From: Octopus vulgaris
Lineage: Eukaryota
Reading direction: 5' to 3'
Assembly: GCA_951406725.2 (NCBI GenBank)
Contig: OX597817.1
Span: forward strand, 103,974,001-104,038,000
DNA length: 64,000 nucleotides
Within the stretch, counting starts at the first letter, position 1; each line of letters starts with the position of its first letter. Positions 1-12,060 of this stretch are shown piece after piece. Under the pieces are notes generated by a model. The model was not told the origin of the DNA and made no database searches. It was given only the letters and a program-made list of their open reading frames with translations. The translations under genes were made by a program, and so were the position numbers.

Positions 1-789
1 CTTGCCAAAGTTTAATGCAGTTTAAATATGGAGATTAAGATTATTTGGTATTGGATATTCATTGCATACAGTGTTCCTAATCAATTTAATCACCATCACA
101 GGTGTACAGTCGAAATAAATAAATAGACAAAATCCTTTCACTTTTATAATATTCTCTAACCAAGAAATAAATAATACACAATTAAAACATATAAATAAAT
201 AATAAATCAGAAGAATGTGAAATCCACGAAAAAAATATTCTCTAATGTCAATATACGACCATATAGATTAAAAAGTATGGAAGACCTTACATACAAAAAA
301 ACTATGTACAACAAATTAGAGAAAAACCCATGTAAACCACTGTTTTTCCCAGTTTGTCCATTTACATGGGAGCTCTGGCCAAAATGTTATAGTGCATGAC
401 TATCTTTGAGACATAAGTAATGTGTGTGTAAAGTTTGGTGAAAATCAGTTGAGAATTGTGGAAATGTATGCACACACACATACTGTGATTTATATATAAG
501 CCATTATAAAGAAGAATGGAGAATTATACATCTTCAAATGTGTTTAATACAGTATTATTCTCATTAAATTTACATTAAACACTAATCGTGTTTCTGCTTG
601 GTTAAATGTCCTAATGGTTTATGCGCATTTTGTTGGTTCAGTTGCAGAACATATTCATTCAAGGAGACATTCCAATGCAGCTTTGTTCAAGGTTTTATCC
701 ATGCAGGTGATTGAAGAGAACTGAGGATTCAAGTCTTAGCTTGTCCTTCTTATAGTATATTCAAGGTGAGGAATCATAAAACTTTAGGG

Positions 790-945
790 TACATGATAGT
801 AGAGATTGGTACTTATTTTAATAACATAGAAAGGGTGAATGGCAAAGTTGACCTCAGTGGAATTTGAACTCAGAACTTAAAGACAGACGAAATGCTTCTC
901 AGGATTTTGCCCAGCATGGTAATGATTCTGCCAAGTCACTACCTT
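790..945 (-). mobile_element. tRNA-derived SINE (Nin/Deu-domain family), degraded copy
   Basis: Reverse complement matches the intact copy at 41178-41409 (GGCAAAGTTGACCTCAGTGGAATTTGAACTCAGAAC). Confidence 0.75.
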
Positions 946-957
946 AAAAGCACTTAT

Positions 958-1307
958 TATATTGGTAGGTGAAAATTCTGTCAGCACCAGCTGGTAGGAT
1001 TGCTGTATTACACGATTTCCTCACAATCTGCAAGTCATCAGCAACAGGTATCCGAGCAACAAATGCCATATTGAAAATCCATTGATATGATATAGTTGAG
1101 CACTAATTGCTAATTTACATACAGCCCACCAGCTTTTTTGTAATATCACTGATTGTTTAGTCAATGTTAAACTATATTAGCTTGATGGATTTATGATCTG
1201 GCATTCAGTGCTTGAGTACCTGTTGCTGATGAACCACAATTTAAGATGAAATCACATGATGCAAAGACTCATCTGCAAGTGCTGACAAAATTTTCATCTG
1301 CCAATAT
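958..1307. mobile_element. Foldback/MITE-like element with long imperfect inverted repeats
   Basis: ATTGGTAGGTGAAAATTCTGTCAGCAC (961-) is near-complementary to GTGCTGACAAAATTTTCATCTGCCAAT (~1279-1305). TCATCAGCAACAGGTA pairs with TACCTGTTGCTGATGA. Confidence 0.65.
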
Positions 1308-1444
1308 AAACTCATGCATTCATTTTTCCAATTTTATTTTTTATAATTATTACCATTGTTGCAACATCCGACTTAAGAAAAAAGTTCTTCCTTTTAAAGT
1401 TTTGTCCTGCAGGACCAGTAGCAAAAATCATTGATCATGATTGA

Positions 1445-2502
1445 TACACTTTGAAAGTGTAGCTGCTAAAATAAGAATAGCCTAGGCAAAGTTCAGAGAG
1501 CTTTTACCTCTGCTGGTGATAAAGGGCCTCTCGCTCAGAATAAAAGGTAGACTGTATGACGCATGTGTACAAACTGCCATGCTACATGGCAGTGAAACAT
1601 AGGCCGTGACCTCTGAGGACATGCGTAAGCTTGCAAGGAACGAAGCCAGCATGCTCCGATGGATGTGTAATGTCAGTGTGCATACTCGACAGTGTTAGTG
1701 CATTGAGAGAAAAGTTGGACCTAAGAAGCATCAGATGTGGTATGCAAGAGAGACAACTGCGCCAGTATGGTCATGTGGCAAGAATAGATGAGAATAGCTG
1801 TGTGAAAAAGTGTCACACCCTAGCGGTTGAGGGAACCTCTAGGAGAGGTAGACCCAGGAAGACCTAGGATAAGGTGGTGAAGCATAACCATCAAACATTA
1901 GGCCTCACCGAGGCAATGACTAGTGACCAAGAACTTAGGAAATATGCTGTGCTTGAGAGGACCCAGCAAGCCAAGTGAGACCATAACCCGTGGCCTATGC
2001 CAGTGGTGTAACCAGCCCACTTATGCATACCTTTCCTTCATTAGACACTAAACTCTGCTTGCGAAGACCTGTTAAGGCAAGTGAAATCAAAATCAAATTC
2101 AATGACAGCACCACTTGAATGGCATCCATGCTAGTGGAGCGCTAAGAGCACCACCCAAGCGTGATTGTTACCAGTGTCACCTTAATGGCACATGAAAAAC
2201 AACATTCAAGCAAGGTCATTGCCAGTGCTGCTGGGCTGGCTCCTGTGCAGGTGGCATGTAAAAAATAGTTTGAACGTGGCCATTGCCAGTACAGCCAGAC
2301 TAGCCCTTGTGCTGGTAGCATGTAAAAGCAGCCACTACACTCTCGGAGTGGTTAGCGTTAGGAAGGGCATCCAGCTGTAGCAACTCTGCCATATCAGATT
2401 GGAGCATGGTGCAGCCATCTGGCTCGCCAGTCCTCAGTCAAACTGTCCAAACCATACCAAGATGGAAAGCGGACATTAAACGATGATGATGATGATGATG
2501 AT
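1445..2502 (+). mobile_element. RTE-clade LINE, 5'-truncated (C-terminal ORF remnant plus 3' UTR and (GAT)n tail)
   Basis: Translates to ...KFRELLPLLVIKGLSLRIKGRLYDACV... and LREKLDLRSIRCGMQERQLRQYGHVARIDENSCVKKC...RRGRPRKT, with stops and frameshifts. Ends CATTAAAC(GAT)n. Confidence 0.92.
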
Positions 2503-4974
2503 ACATATATGTGTGTGTGTGTTTGTGTGTCGGTGTTTGTCCCTCCCAACATTGCTTGACAACCAATGCTGGTGCATTTACGTCCCTATAACTTAGCAGT
2601 TCAGCAAAAGAAACTGATAGAATAAGTCCTAGGCTTACAAAGAATAAATCCAGGGGTCGATTTGTTCAACTAAAGTCAGTGCTCCAGCATGCTTGCAGTC
2701 AAAATGACTGAAAGAAGTAAAAGAATAAAACAATACCATAAAAGCTAACCCTACTGAGTTGTTTTCAATCAAACTTGTCTTTTTTTTCATAAAAAAATAT
2801 AGCAAACGACAGATGGCTCAGCAATCAGCTGTTTCCTCCTGTTGAAACAATACTCTTCATTCACTAATGATGCTATAGAATTTAAACAACACATATTACT
2901 CTAATGTGTCTAAATGTAAAAAATGAGATTTCAACAAAACTGGACATTCTTTGTTTCCCTGTCTATTCAGTTTAAAAGTATTGAAAACCAACTAACTTTT
3001 TGTTACTTGTTAATGACAAAATAATGATGTCTTGCATTCTTCACTATTACTGTATGAGGTACTAACAGCCTATATGATGCTAAATGAAATACAAACCACT
3101 GAAATGTACCATACTAATAAAATATGTTCAAAATATTCTCTGGTACATAATTTATTACTTCATATATCAGATGACCTTTACAAATGACTTGCAACTCTGC
3201 TCTGTATATGTCATCAATTTAGAAGAAAAATTTTCATGAAAATGATAATAAATTGGCTGACAAAATTAATCATTCAAAATTGAGAATGCTTTGAACAAAA
3301 AATTTAAGGTAAAACAGTTATGCATGGAAAACAGATATTAGCTATTCGAAGATACACAAAGACTGTTAACTTCACTTGAGCATTTATTATTTGGTTACTG
3401 ATGTAATTCTACTGATAACAAATAATAAATGTAAAAGAAAGTTATCAATCTTTGTGTGTTTTTCAATGCCTAATATTTGTTTCCCCACACTATAACTGCT
3501 TTAGTTTCAACATATGGTCTTCAATCAAATCCAAAATTAAAGGTAGTTTCCATCAAACCCTAAATTCTCCAGATACAAGATTTCTTATGTATGTCTCTAA
3601 TCTGTTAAGATTTTATTCAAAGGAAAGAGAAAATTGAACAAGCAAGTTTTTAAAAGGTGAAAGAAGCATGCTGTTTACTTTGTACTGCTGAATTGCTAAT
3701 ATCTACTCCAAAACACTGTACTATTTATAAATTGTATAGGAGCTTTGAGTACTGAAAGCCTAACTGAAGATAAGAGAGGTATCAACTGGTCAAATTCTCT
3801 TGTCATTCTGCTTGAGAAGTTGAAATTGCAAAGCAAACATTTGCAAACTATCAATAGGAAACGTAGATGGTAAGTAGAGCATAAATCAGGAAGGCATTAA
3901 CAGATTCTTACTTGTTTTTGATAAGTTTTATATCCTGTACTGTGAACATTGAGCATAATTTTTTTTTTTAACTATGTGCAATAACAATAGCTATAGTAGT
4001 AGCAGCTGCTACTGCTACTGCCTTCAATCATTAACCTCTTTCTAAATTTCTCTTTATTATTAGATTGTGACATTTATTTTGCATCCTTTATAGTATGAAA
4101 CTGAACTTCATTTTTTTTTGTTGAAATAGTGACATTGTTAAAATCTAACACATTTATTTAATGTTATTTAAATCATTCAATAACCAAACAATATGACACA
4201 CTGAAGCAAATGAAAACGTTGATGCTTTCATATGTTCTATCACTAGTTTTATTTCTAATACATCCGAGCAAATAAATAAGTGTTATGAAACTGAAAACAA
4301 ATTTTGCTTACCTCAAATATCAAATAAACTGGTCACAAATATAGTGTTGTATTAAATCAAGGACAAAATGTATTATACTTCACATTATACCTAAGCTGAT
4401 AAAAAGTGCAATAGCATAATACTCAGTGCAAATTAGAGGTAGCAGTCCTCAAAAGGATTAAAATTACTTAATCCACTTAAACATTACTAAATGATTAATA
4501 ATCTTCATGAAAATACAATATGTCACTACTGTAATTTTAGATTAAACACACCAAAATTCAATTCAAATTGGAAATAAAAACTTAAAAACATCTAGATGAA
4601 AAATAAGTTGAAAAAATATAAAATATTCAATGAACAATAACTCAGACAACAATTCAAACATATAATATTGGTTAATATAAGATTAGCCTGCCAAAGTTAT
4701 TAACAAATGTAAATCTTAATCAGGGAACAGATTATTGAAAATATGAGCTACAGTATGTAAATAAGTATTTGTATTAGAAAGGGGAAAATAAAATACAGAA
4801 AAAAACACATGCTTCAAAATTATGTATTAAAATAGGTCACAAGCTTCAGTGCAACAAGTTACAAATTATCCCAGAGTCTAGAGAGCAGTTATTAATATAA
4901 TTTTTTTTGTTTTTTCTTCTGTATTTTATTTTCCCTTTTGTAATGCAAAATCATATTTGCATACCATAATTTTT

Positions 4975-5527
4975 GTAGCTGTGAGGTTCCCAACCACATA
5001 GGTCTGGGTTCAGCCCCACTGCATGACACCTTGAACAAATGTCTTAAAATATAGCCTCAGGCCAACCAAAGCCTTGTGAGTGGATTTGGTAGACAGAAAC
5101 TGAAAGAAGTTAGTCGCGTACATATATATGTAGTGAGAATTTACAAAAAAAAAAAAAAGACCAAGTCAGGTGTGTAAACAACTAACAGATGTATTAGTTT
5201 AATGTTCAGAAAGTGAACACAGAAATAAACAGGGAGACAAAACAGAAAAAGGTTTAGTGGCTAACAATCTATCATGGCAAATGTATATATATATATGTGT
5301 GTGAGTATGTCTTGTGTATGTGTGTGTGTGTTTGTGTGCATCCAATCACCACTTGACAACAAGTGTTGGTGTGTTTATGTCCCAGTAACTTAGCAGTTCA
5401 GTAAAAGAGACTGACAGAATAGGTACTAGGCTTAGGAAATAAGTCTTGGGGTCAATTTATTCAACTAAAACTCTTCAAAGTAGTTCTCCAGCATGGACAC
5501 TGTCAAATAACTGAAACAAGTAAAACA
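4975..5527 (+). mobile_element. tRNA-derived SINE (long family with central (TA/TG)n), interrupted by an A-rich insert
   Basis: B-box-like GGGTTCAGCCCC, CCTTGAACAAATGTCTT core and 3' CATGGACACTGTCAAATAACTGAAACAAGTAAAA. Same family as 46168-46560 and 47205-47575. Confidence 0.8.
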
Positions 5528-5839
5528 ATATATACATAAACACATGCACACACACACACACACACACACACATCACTGTTACACATCCACTTTTCCATTC
5601 TTACATAGACCAGACAGAATTTGTAGAGGTGGATTTCCTACAGCCAGATGCCCTACTGTCACAAACCCGCACCTGTTTCCAAGAGGTAATATTCCACATG
5701 ACCAGACAAGTTTCAACATAAGGTTGGAAATGACGTACATCACTTATATCATGGTATAATGTTACTACCTGTTTATAACTATCTCATGAAGTCATATCAA
5801 TGTAACACACACACACACATACATATGTATGTATACACA

Positions 5840-5865
<26 letters not shown>

Positions 5866-5878
<13 letters not shown>

Positions 5879-6126
5879 TTCGAGACAAAACCACTATTTT
5901 GCAAAACAAACAAGGAAAGACTTAATCAATACATAAAAATTTTTAATATAAAGAAATAAACCGCCACTACAATCGTTTCGAAAATCCACCTGACGAATGT
6001 CATTGAAGACATGAAACGATTGTAGTGGCGGTTTATTTCTTTATATTAAAAATTTTTATGTATTGATTAAGTCTTTCCTTGTTTGTTTTGCAAAATAGTG
6101 GTTTTGTCTCGAATTAATATTATATA
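5866..6126. repeat. Perfect 114-bp inverted repeat with 33-bp spacer (inverted Penelope pLTR)
   Basis: 5866-5979 is the reverse complement of 6013-6126, read base by base. Confidence 0.93.
5986..6028 (+). ncRNA. Minimal type I hammerhead ribozyme
   Basis: CCAC (stem I) - CTGACGA (core) - ATGTC/ATTGAA/GACAT (stem II) - GAAA - CGATTG - TA^ - GTGG (stem I'). All core boxes are present and the cleavage triplet is GUA. It lies next to a GIY-YIG remnant, the known setting for Penelope-associated hammerheads. Confidence 0.85.
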
Positions 6127-6231
6127 ATATTTTACTATAAAATTGGATTTAATCCTAAATCTGATTTTTTCCCTGTAAATTTGGATTTATTCCCTAATAT
6201 TTATTATTATATATATATATATATAAACATA

Positions 6232-6556
6232 CATAAAGTTCAAGAACGGATCCATTTTTAAAATAAATGCAGATATGAACTGTAAAACACAAAATCTCAT
6301 ATATTGCATTACCTGCCCAAACTGTAAAGAAAATTTACTTTGGCGAAACGAATAACTCCCTCTGCCAACATGCAAGAATTCACAGGCAACATATCCAGCT
6401 AGAACTGCAAAAGATTCCATTGAGTAAGCATCTACAAATATGCGGAGACGGAAAGTTCAAAATCCTTCCCTTTTACAAATGTACACGGGACAATCCGCAA
6501 TACCGAAAGGTAATGGAATTACACTTCACAAAAAGATTCTCACCAAAATTAAATGT
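6232..6556 (+). mobile_element. Penelope-like element GIY-YIG endonuclease remnant
   Basis: Reads KFKNGSIFKINADMNCKTQNLIYCITCPNCKEN/YFGET...RIHRQHI...LSKHLQICGDGKFKILPFYKC...RKVMELHFTKRFSPKLN with a frameshift. NLIY..C..C...YxGET and the terminal PxLN are PLE GIY-YIG hallmarks. Confidence 0.85.
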
Positions 6557-6600
6557 TTGTAAGAGAAAAAAGAAAAGCAAAGAGTATGTTTTGTACATAT

Positions 6601-6790
6601 CATCATCATCATCATCATCGTTTAACGTCCGCTTTCCATGCTAGCATGGGTTGGACGGTTCAACTGGGGTCTGGGAAGCCCGAAGGCTGCACCAGGCCAG
6701 TCAGATGTGGCAGTGTTTCTACAGCTGGATGCCCTTCCTAACGCCAACCACTCCGAGAGTGTAGCCACTCCGAGAGTGTAGCCACTCCGA
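6601..6790 (-). mobile_element. RTE 3'-end fragment ending in a 17-bp tandem duplication
   Basis: (CAT)nCGTTTAACGTCCGCTTTCCATGCTAGCATGGG. CCACTCCGAGAGTGTAG occurs about 2.5 times at 6748-6790. Confidence 0.85.
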
Positions 6791-7056
6791 TATGTATATG
6801 TATATATGTATGGGTATGATATATATAGTTATTTTATTTTACTATTGTATTTTCATACAGAACTACACCTTACCAAATATAAATAAATAAATGTATGACA
6901 AGAATATATTCTAATTATAACTTAAAGACTATAAAAAGAAAGGACAGGGAAACATTTTTTTATTATTTTTTATTCTCTATTTTTTCTTTCTTTTTTCCTT
7001 TCTTACCATCCCTAAAAACCATTTCAAAACAATGGTGTAAATATTTATATGTATAT

Positions 7057-8185
7057 CATCATCATTTAACGTCCGCTTTCCATGCTAGCATGGGTTGGAC
7101 GATTTGACTGAGGTCTAGTGAACCAGATGGCTGCACTAGACTCCAATCTGATCTGGCTGAGTTTCTACAGCTAGATGCCCTTCCTAATGCCAACCACTCC
7201 GAGATTGTAGTGGGTGCTTTTACGTGCCGCCAGCACGAAGGCCAGTCAGGCGGTACTGCCAATGGCCACACTCAAATAGTGCTTTTTATGTGCCACCTGC
7301 ACATGAGCCAGTCCAGCAGCACTGGCAACAACCTCACTCGAATGTTTTTTCACGTGCCACCAGCACAAGTGCCAGTAAGGTGATGCAGGTAACAATCACG
7401 CGTGAATGGTGTTTTTCCATGCCATCGGCATGGAGGCCAGTTTGTTGTTCTGGCAACAATCTCTTAGCACTCCACTATGGTACTCTTAGCACTCCACTAG
7501 CACAGACGCCAGTCATCGAATTTGATTTCGATTTCACTTGCCTCAACAGGTCTTTGCAAGCAGAGTTTTGTATCCAAAGAAGGAAAGGTATGCATAAGTG
7601 GACTGGTTACACCCCTGGCATAGGCCACAAGGTTATGGTCTCACTTGCACTTGCCAAGTCTTCTCAAGCACAGCATATTTCCAAAGGTCCCAGTCACTAA
7701 TCATTGCCTCAGTGAGGCCCAATGTTCGAAGGTCATGCTTCACCACCCCATCCCAGGTCTTCCTGGGTCTACCTCTTCCACATGTTCCCTCAACAGCTAT
7801 GGTGTGGCACTTTTTCACACAGCTATCCACATCCATTCTCGCCACATGACCATACCAGAGCAGTCGTCTCTCTTGCACACCACATCTGATGCTTCTTAGG
7901 TCCAACTTTTCTCTCAAGGTACTTACACTCTGTCGAGTATGAACACTGACATTACACATCTATCAGAGCATGCTGGTTTCATTCCTTGCGAGCTTACGCA
8001 TGTCCTCAGCAGTTACAGCCCATGTTTCCCTGCCATGTAGCATGGCTGTTCGTACACATGTGTCATACAATCTACCTTTTACTCTGAGCGAGAGGCTCTT
8101 TGTCAACAGCAGAGGAAAGAGCTCTCTGAACTTAGCCCAGGCTATTCTTATTCTAGCAGCTACACTTTCAGTGCACCCTTCCCCG
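7057..8185 (-). mobile_element. RTE-clade LINE, 5'-truncated
   Basis: ORFs 7963-8247 and 7633-7959 (-) give RIAWAKFRELFPLL...AMLHGRETWAVT and LWYGHVARMD...GRGRPRKTWD. (CAT)n tail at 7057. Confidence 0.92.
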
Positions 8186-9395
8186 TGTAAATGTTCATGA
8201 ATGACAAACCGTTGAGAGGAAAACTGGGAGAAAACTGGTATAGACATGTGTGCATATGGATGAGGGCAGCTGCATAAAGAAGTGCTGCTTGCTAAATTTG
8301 GATGGAACCTATAGGAAACAGAGACTCAGGAAGATGTATGACAATGTAGTGAAGGATGGTCTCAGGATGTTGAGCCTCGTGGAGGACATGACAAATGACT
8401 GAGACGATTGACAATATGTGGTGTTTGACAAAAACCTGCTAATCATGGCAAAACTCAGGTCCTAAAAGGATTATGTGTATACACATCAGTCATCTCTCCA
8501 TTACTCTTCCAACTGTTGCATTATTCTACTGTTGTAATTAAGTGAGAACAGAACTACATATTTCATTCCTTCTTGTGCTAATAGATACCTCCCCCTGCAA
8601 CTACTTCCTTCTGACATTCATCTCCTCTCTTCCCACTCTTATTTTTGAGTTATCTGGTCAGTGAACTACATTCTATTGATATCCATGTCTAATTCTTAAC
8701 ACCATTTCATCTCTGCACCCACCACCACCTTGACCTTTGTTCATCACTCACTATATTCACCCTTACATACTTCTGACCTCCTTCACTATGTCACTATGTC
8801 TCACTTTCTCTCCCCTCACTTTTACAAACTTTACCCAACCCATCATCTCCCTATCTCTCATTCTTACCTTATCTAGAATTATTTTGTTATTTCACTGCTC
8901 TTCAACCTTTCTGTATTGTCACTCATCACCACATCACCCCTCAGCCATTTCTACTAACATGATCCCTCCCTCTTACTACCTTCCTCCAACTCATATCTAC
9001 AATCAACCACCCCTCCACTACATTCACCTTTACCCCCATCACTAATCATCCCTCATTCTCCACCCAACTCTTGTAACCTTTTATCCATCCACCCTTCCTA
9101 GTCTTTTGTTCCCATTCTCTCTTCACTTCTTGCACCTTGATGATACACCTTGACACCACTTCCCCATTAGCTTTACCTCCCTTTCTATAGCTCCACTCTT
9201 ATATAATGCAGAGTAACCATATATCTCTTCTTTAGCAATAAACTTTACTACTACTGTGTGCCACAAAAAAAACCTCACCACCAACCATACACTCTGTAAA
9301 GATGTTGGCATTGGAACTTAAGGCAGTCCTCTGACTCATTAGATCCTGTTGAGCTACCAACCCATGACAGTATGGAAGATAGACATTAAATGATG
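8186..9395 (+). mobile_element. Older RTE-like element with long G-poor 3' region
   Basis: Degenerate WYxHV..MDEGSCIKKC...VVKDGLRMLSL, followed by a C/T/A-rich tract and a GACATTAAATGATGA tail. Confidence 0.6.
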
Positions 9396-9434
9396 AATAT
9401 AAAGATTAAAATGATATATGTATATATTTATGTA

Positions 9435-9875
9435 TTAGAGGAAAAAGGACAACAAAAACCACAGCAGGATGAGTATCTCAAGTCATATTCAATTAGAGTA
9501 AAGTGAATTGTAATTAATTAATTAGTTAATTAATTATTGGAGATCTGGGATAGCCCAAGTGATAGGTTAACATTTCCATACACTGGGTATTCCGTCATCA
9601 GAGACAAGGTATATAGCAAAGTTCTAGACAGGGAATTCACAGTTTATAACGGAATAAAATAGTAGATAGAATAAAGAGTAAAACAGTAGATAGAAAAATA
9701 CAGACAGGAGAATAAATTTCATAGCCCATCTTCTTCCAGGGCATATGGAAGTTGGTCTGTACTTTTGTGAAGGCACAGGTCCTTAAGTATAATCCCAGGT
9801 AAATCCAGGAAGTATTTTGAATGTTGCATTCATGTTGAAGGAATATCTAGTATGAAAATGGTCCACATGGGTAAA
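9435..9875 (-). mobile_element. Penelope-like 3' remnant with decayed hammerhead core
   Basis: The minus strand has a ...FKILPGF... remnant resembling the 6232-6556 C-terminus, then CTGATGA...GAAA (9601->9573). It is flanked by TA-rich sequence. Confidence 0.45.
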
Positions 9876-11699
9876 TACATATATTTATGTATGCATATGT
9901 ATGCTCACATGTGTAGGACATTTTAACAGGATTCAATGGCTTAGAGAATCACATCTTCCTAAATCTCATTTTTTGGCACCCCTTCTCAATCAGGAATCAT
10001 GACTTGCGATTTGGGAGAAAGGAAGGATAGCAGAATGTGTGCTAGGTCTCATAATCCCTGATCTTTTAAGACAACCTTACAAATATGATGCTGTTACTAT
10101 TGTCCCTAAGAAAAGGATTTCATTCAAAGCCAAAAGAATACTTTAACCTTGATCAATTGCACTGTACACACACACACACACACACACACACAACTGGCTT
10201 TCATACAGTTCCCATTCACTAAATTTCATTCACAAAATCTTAAGTCAACCTCAAGCTGACTAAGATACCTGAAGACACTTGCTCAATGTAGCTCACAGTG
10301 AAATCATAATATGGTTATGGTTTGTGTGTTAAGTGAACTTCTGAACCTCTGTGTGTGTGTATGTGTGTGTGTGTGCGCGCGTGTATGTATGTATTGTCTC
10401 ATGTAAGCTCCACAAAGTTCAAGAAAACCAAATTGGGAACTGCTAACATATCTAAGAGACTGCTACTGAAACAAAGGAAAAGAAACCAGTACACTGTAAA
10501 GGTGTTGACTGTAGGAAATCATTGGAACTCAATGCAGTCCTCCAACTCATTAGCTCCTGTAGAACTGCCCAGCATTGAAATATCCTAGAGTGTAACCCAA
10601 AGAAGGTTTAGCAAAGATTCACTCACCAACATGCTACAACTACTGATTCATAAACTCAAGCCAAGAGAATTTCTAAATGGTCCCCTCAACCTGCTAGAAG
10701 CAACCAAATCCCCAAGATATGTGATCTTGGGTGTGTGCATTTACTTGTTGCAGACATTGGATTGTGGCCATACTGCACAGTGAAGGATTTAGTTGATTGT
10801 ATTGACCACAGTAACTTTTTTAAAGTTTAACACTTATTTTACCATCAAACCACTAACTTAAAAACCATAAAGAGCATCAGTTTTTAAGCAGTGTCACAAG
10901 GTCAAATATGAAGATACACATACATAACCAGCTTCCATAAAGTTCCTGTCAACCAGATTTTACTCCCCAGCTAGCTCTTAGTCAGCCCACGATGAAGACA
11001 CTCGCCAAGGTGTCACACAGTGAGACCAAAACCATATGGTTTTGGTCTTACCATTTACTAAGTGAATTTCTTAACAACAGTGCTATGACTATATTTATGT
11101 AATATACAGAATAGTGATGTCTAAAAATGCTTTTGATCATAGGTCAGTTTGATCAAGACAGACTTTGAACCAAAACAACTGCTCTACTCTTCTAAACTAG
11201 CATCCCCCTCTTCTCCACCCAAATACACTTGCTACTCCACTTTTTTTCTTATACTTGTGTGTTACACAGCCAGATCTCACCTTAAACACTTTACTCAATC
11301 AACATTCTGGAATCCCTTTATAATTCATAATTCTCCTGCAGATATCAACATACAGAAGTTCAGACTAATCATCAACTACACTGATTTCAATAGTCTTGGA
11401 GGGTCTGTAATGTATAGGTACTGCCCCTCCTCCTCTGACTGGATTGATGGCATTGATAAAGCTATAAATGATGACAGGCTTTGAAGGAGTGCAAAGCAAC
11501 AAAAATCAGAGCAATAGTTAGAGACAGCTGGCGGTCTTGTTTTTTGTTAAGGCTGATGTAATTTGTTCCAAGCTTGGTCCTTACTCTAGTGGCATAATTG
11601 GTCAATGGTTTACAGGAATTTGTCCCTTAGAAATGTTCAATGCTACAGTTCTCGGTTTTTAACTCTATTAAAATAAGTTATTCTTTCTACACCTCTTAT

Positions 11700-12060
11700 T
11701 TTTTATTTTGGGCTCAGTGCTCATTTTCAAGCCTCTATTCTTGGCCCACATATTCTAGTGAAAGGAGCCCATTTCTAGTTTTGCTAACAGACCTTTTTGA
11801 TTGCTAGTTAACTAATTGGCTGACTTTCTGGAAAGTATGTTTACAAATGAGAACTTCTCTTGCAAAGAATTCTAAGAGCTTAGTTCCTCACTCATTTATT
11901 TATGTCATAGCCTCATTGTACATCAGTATATTTATTATGAGGTTTCTAGATATGACCTTGAAAATCTCCAGTTATGAAGGTGTAGACATCTATATCCATT
12001 AACACATCATGAGCATATGCAGTGATTATAGTAGCCATAATTTTGCCAATCACTATACTA
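11700..12060 (-). mobile_element. Highly degraded RTE AP-endonuclease fragment
   Basis: The minus strand gives ITGDFQGHI and GTKLLEFFA motifs, paralleling AGDFNGHV...EGTRLLEFC at 60561-60962. Confidence 0.5.
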
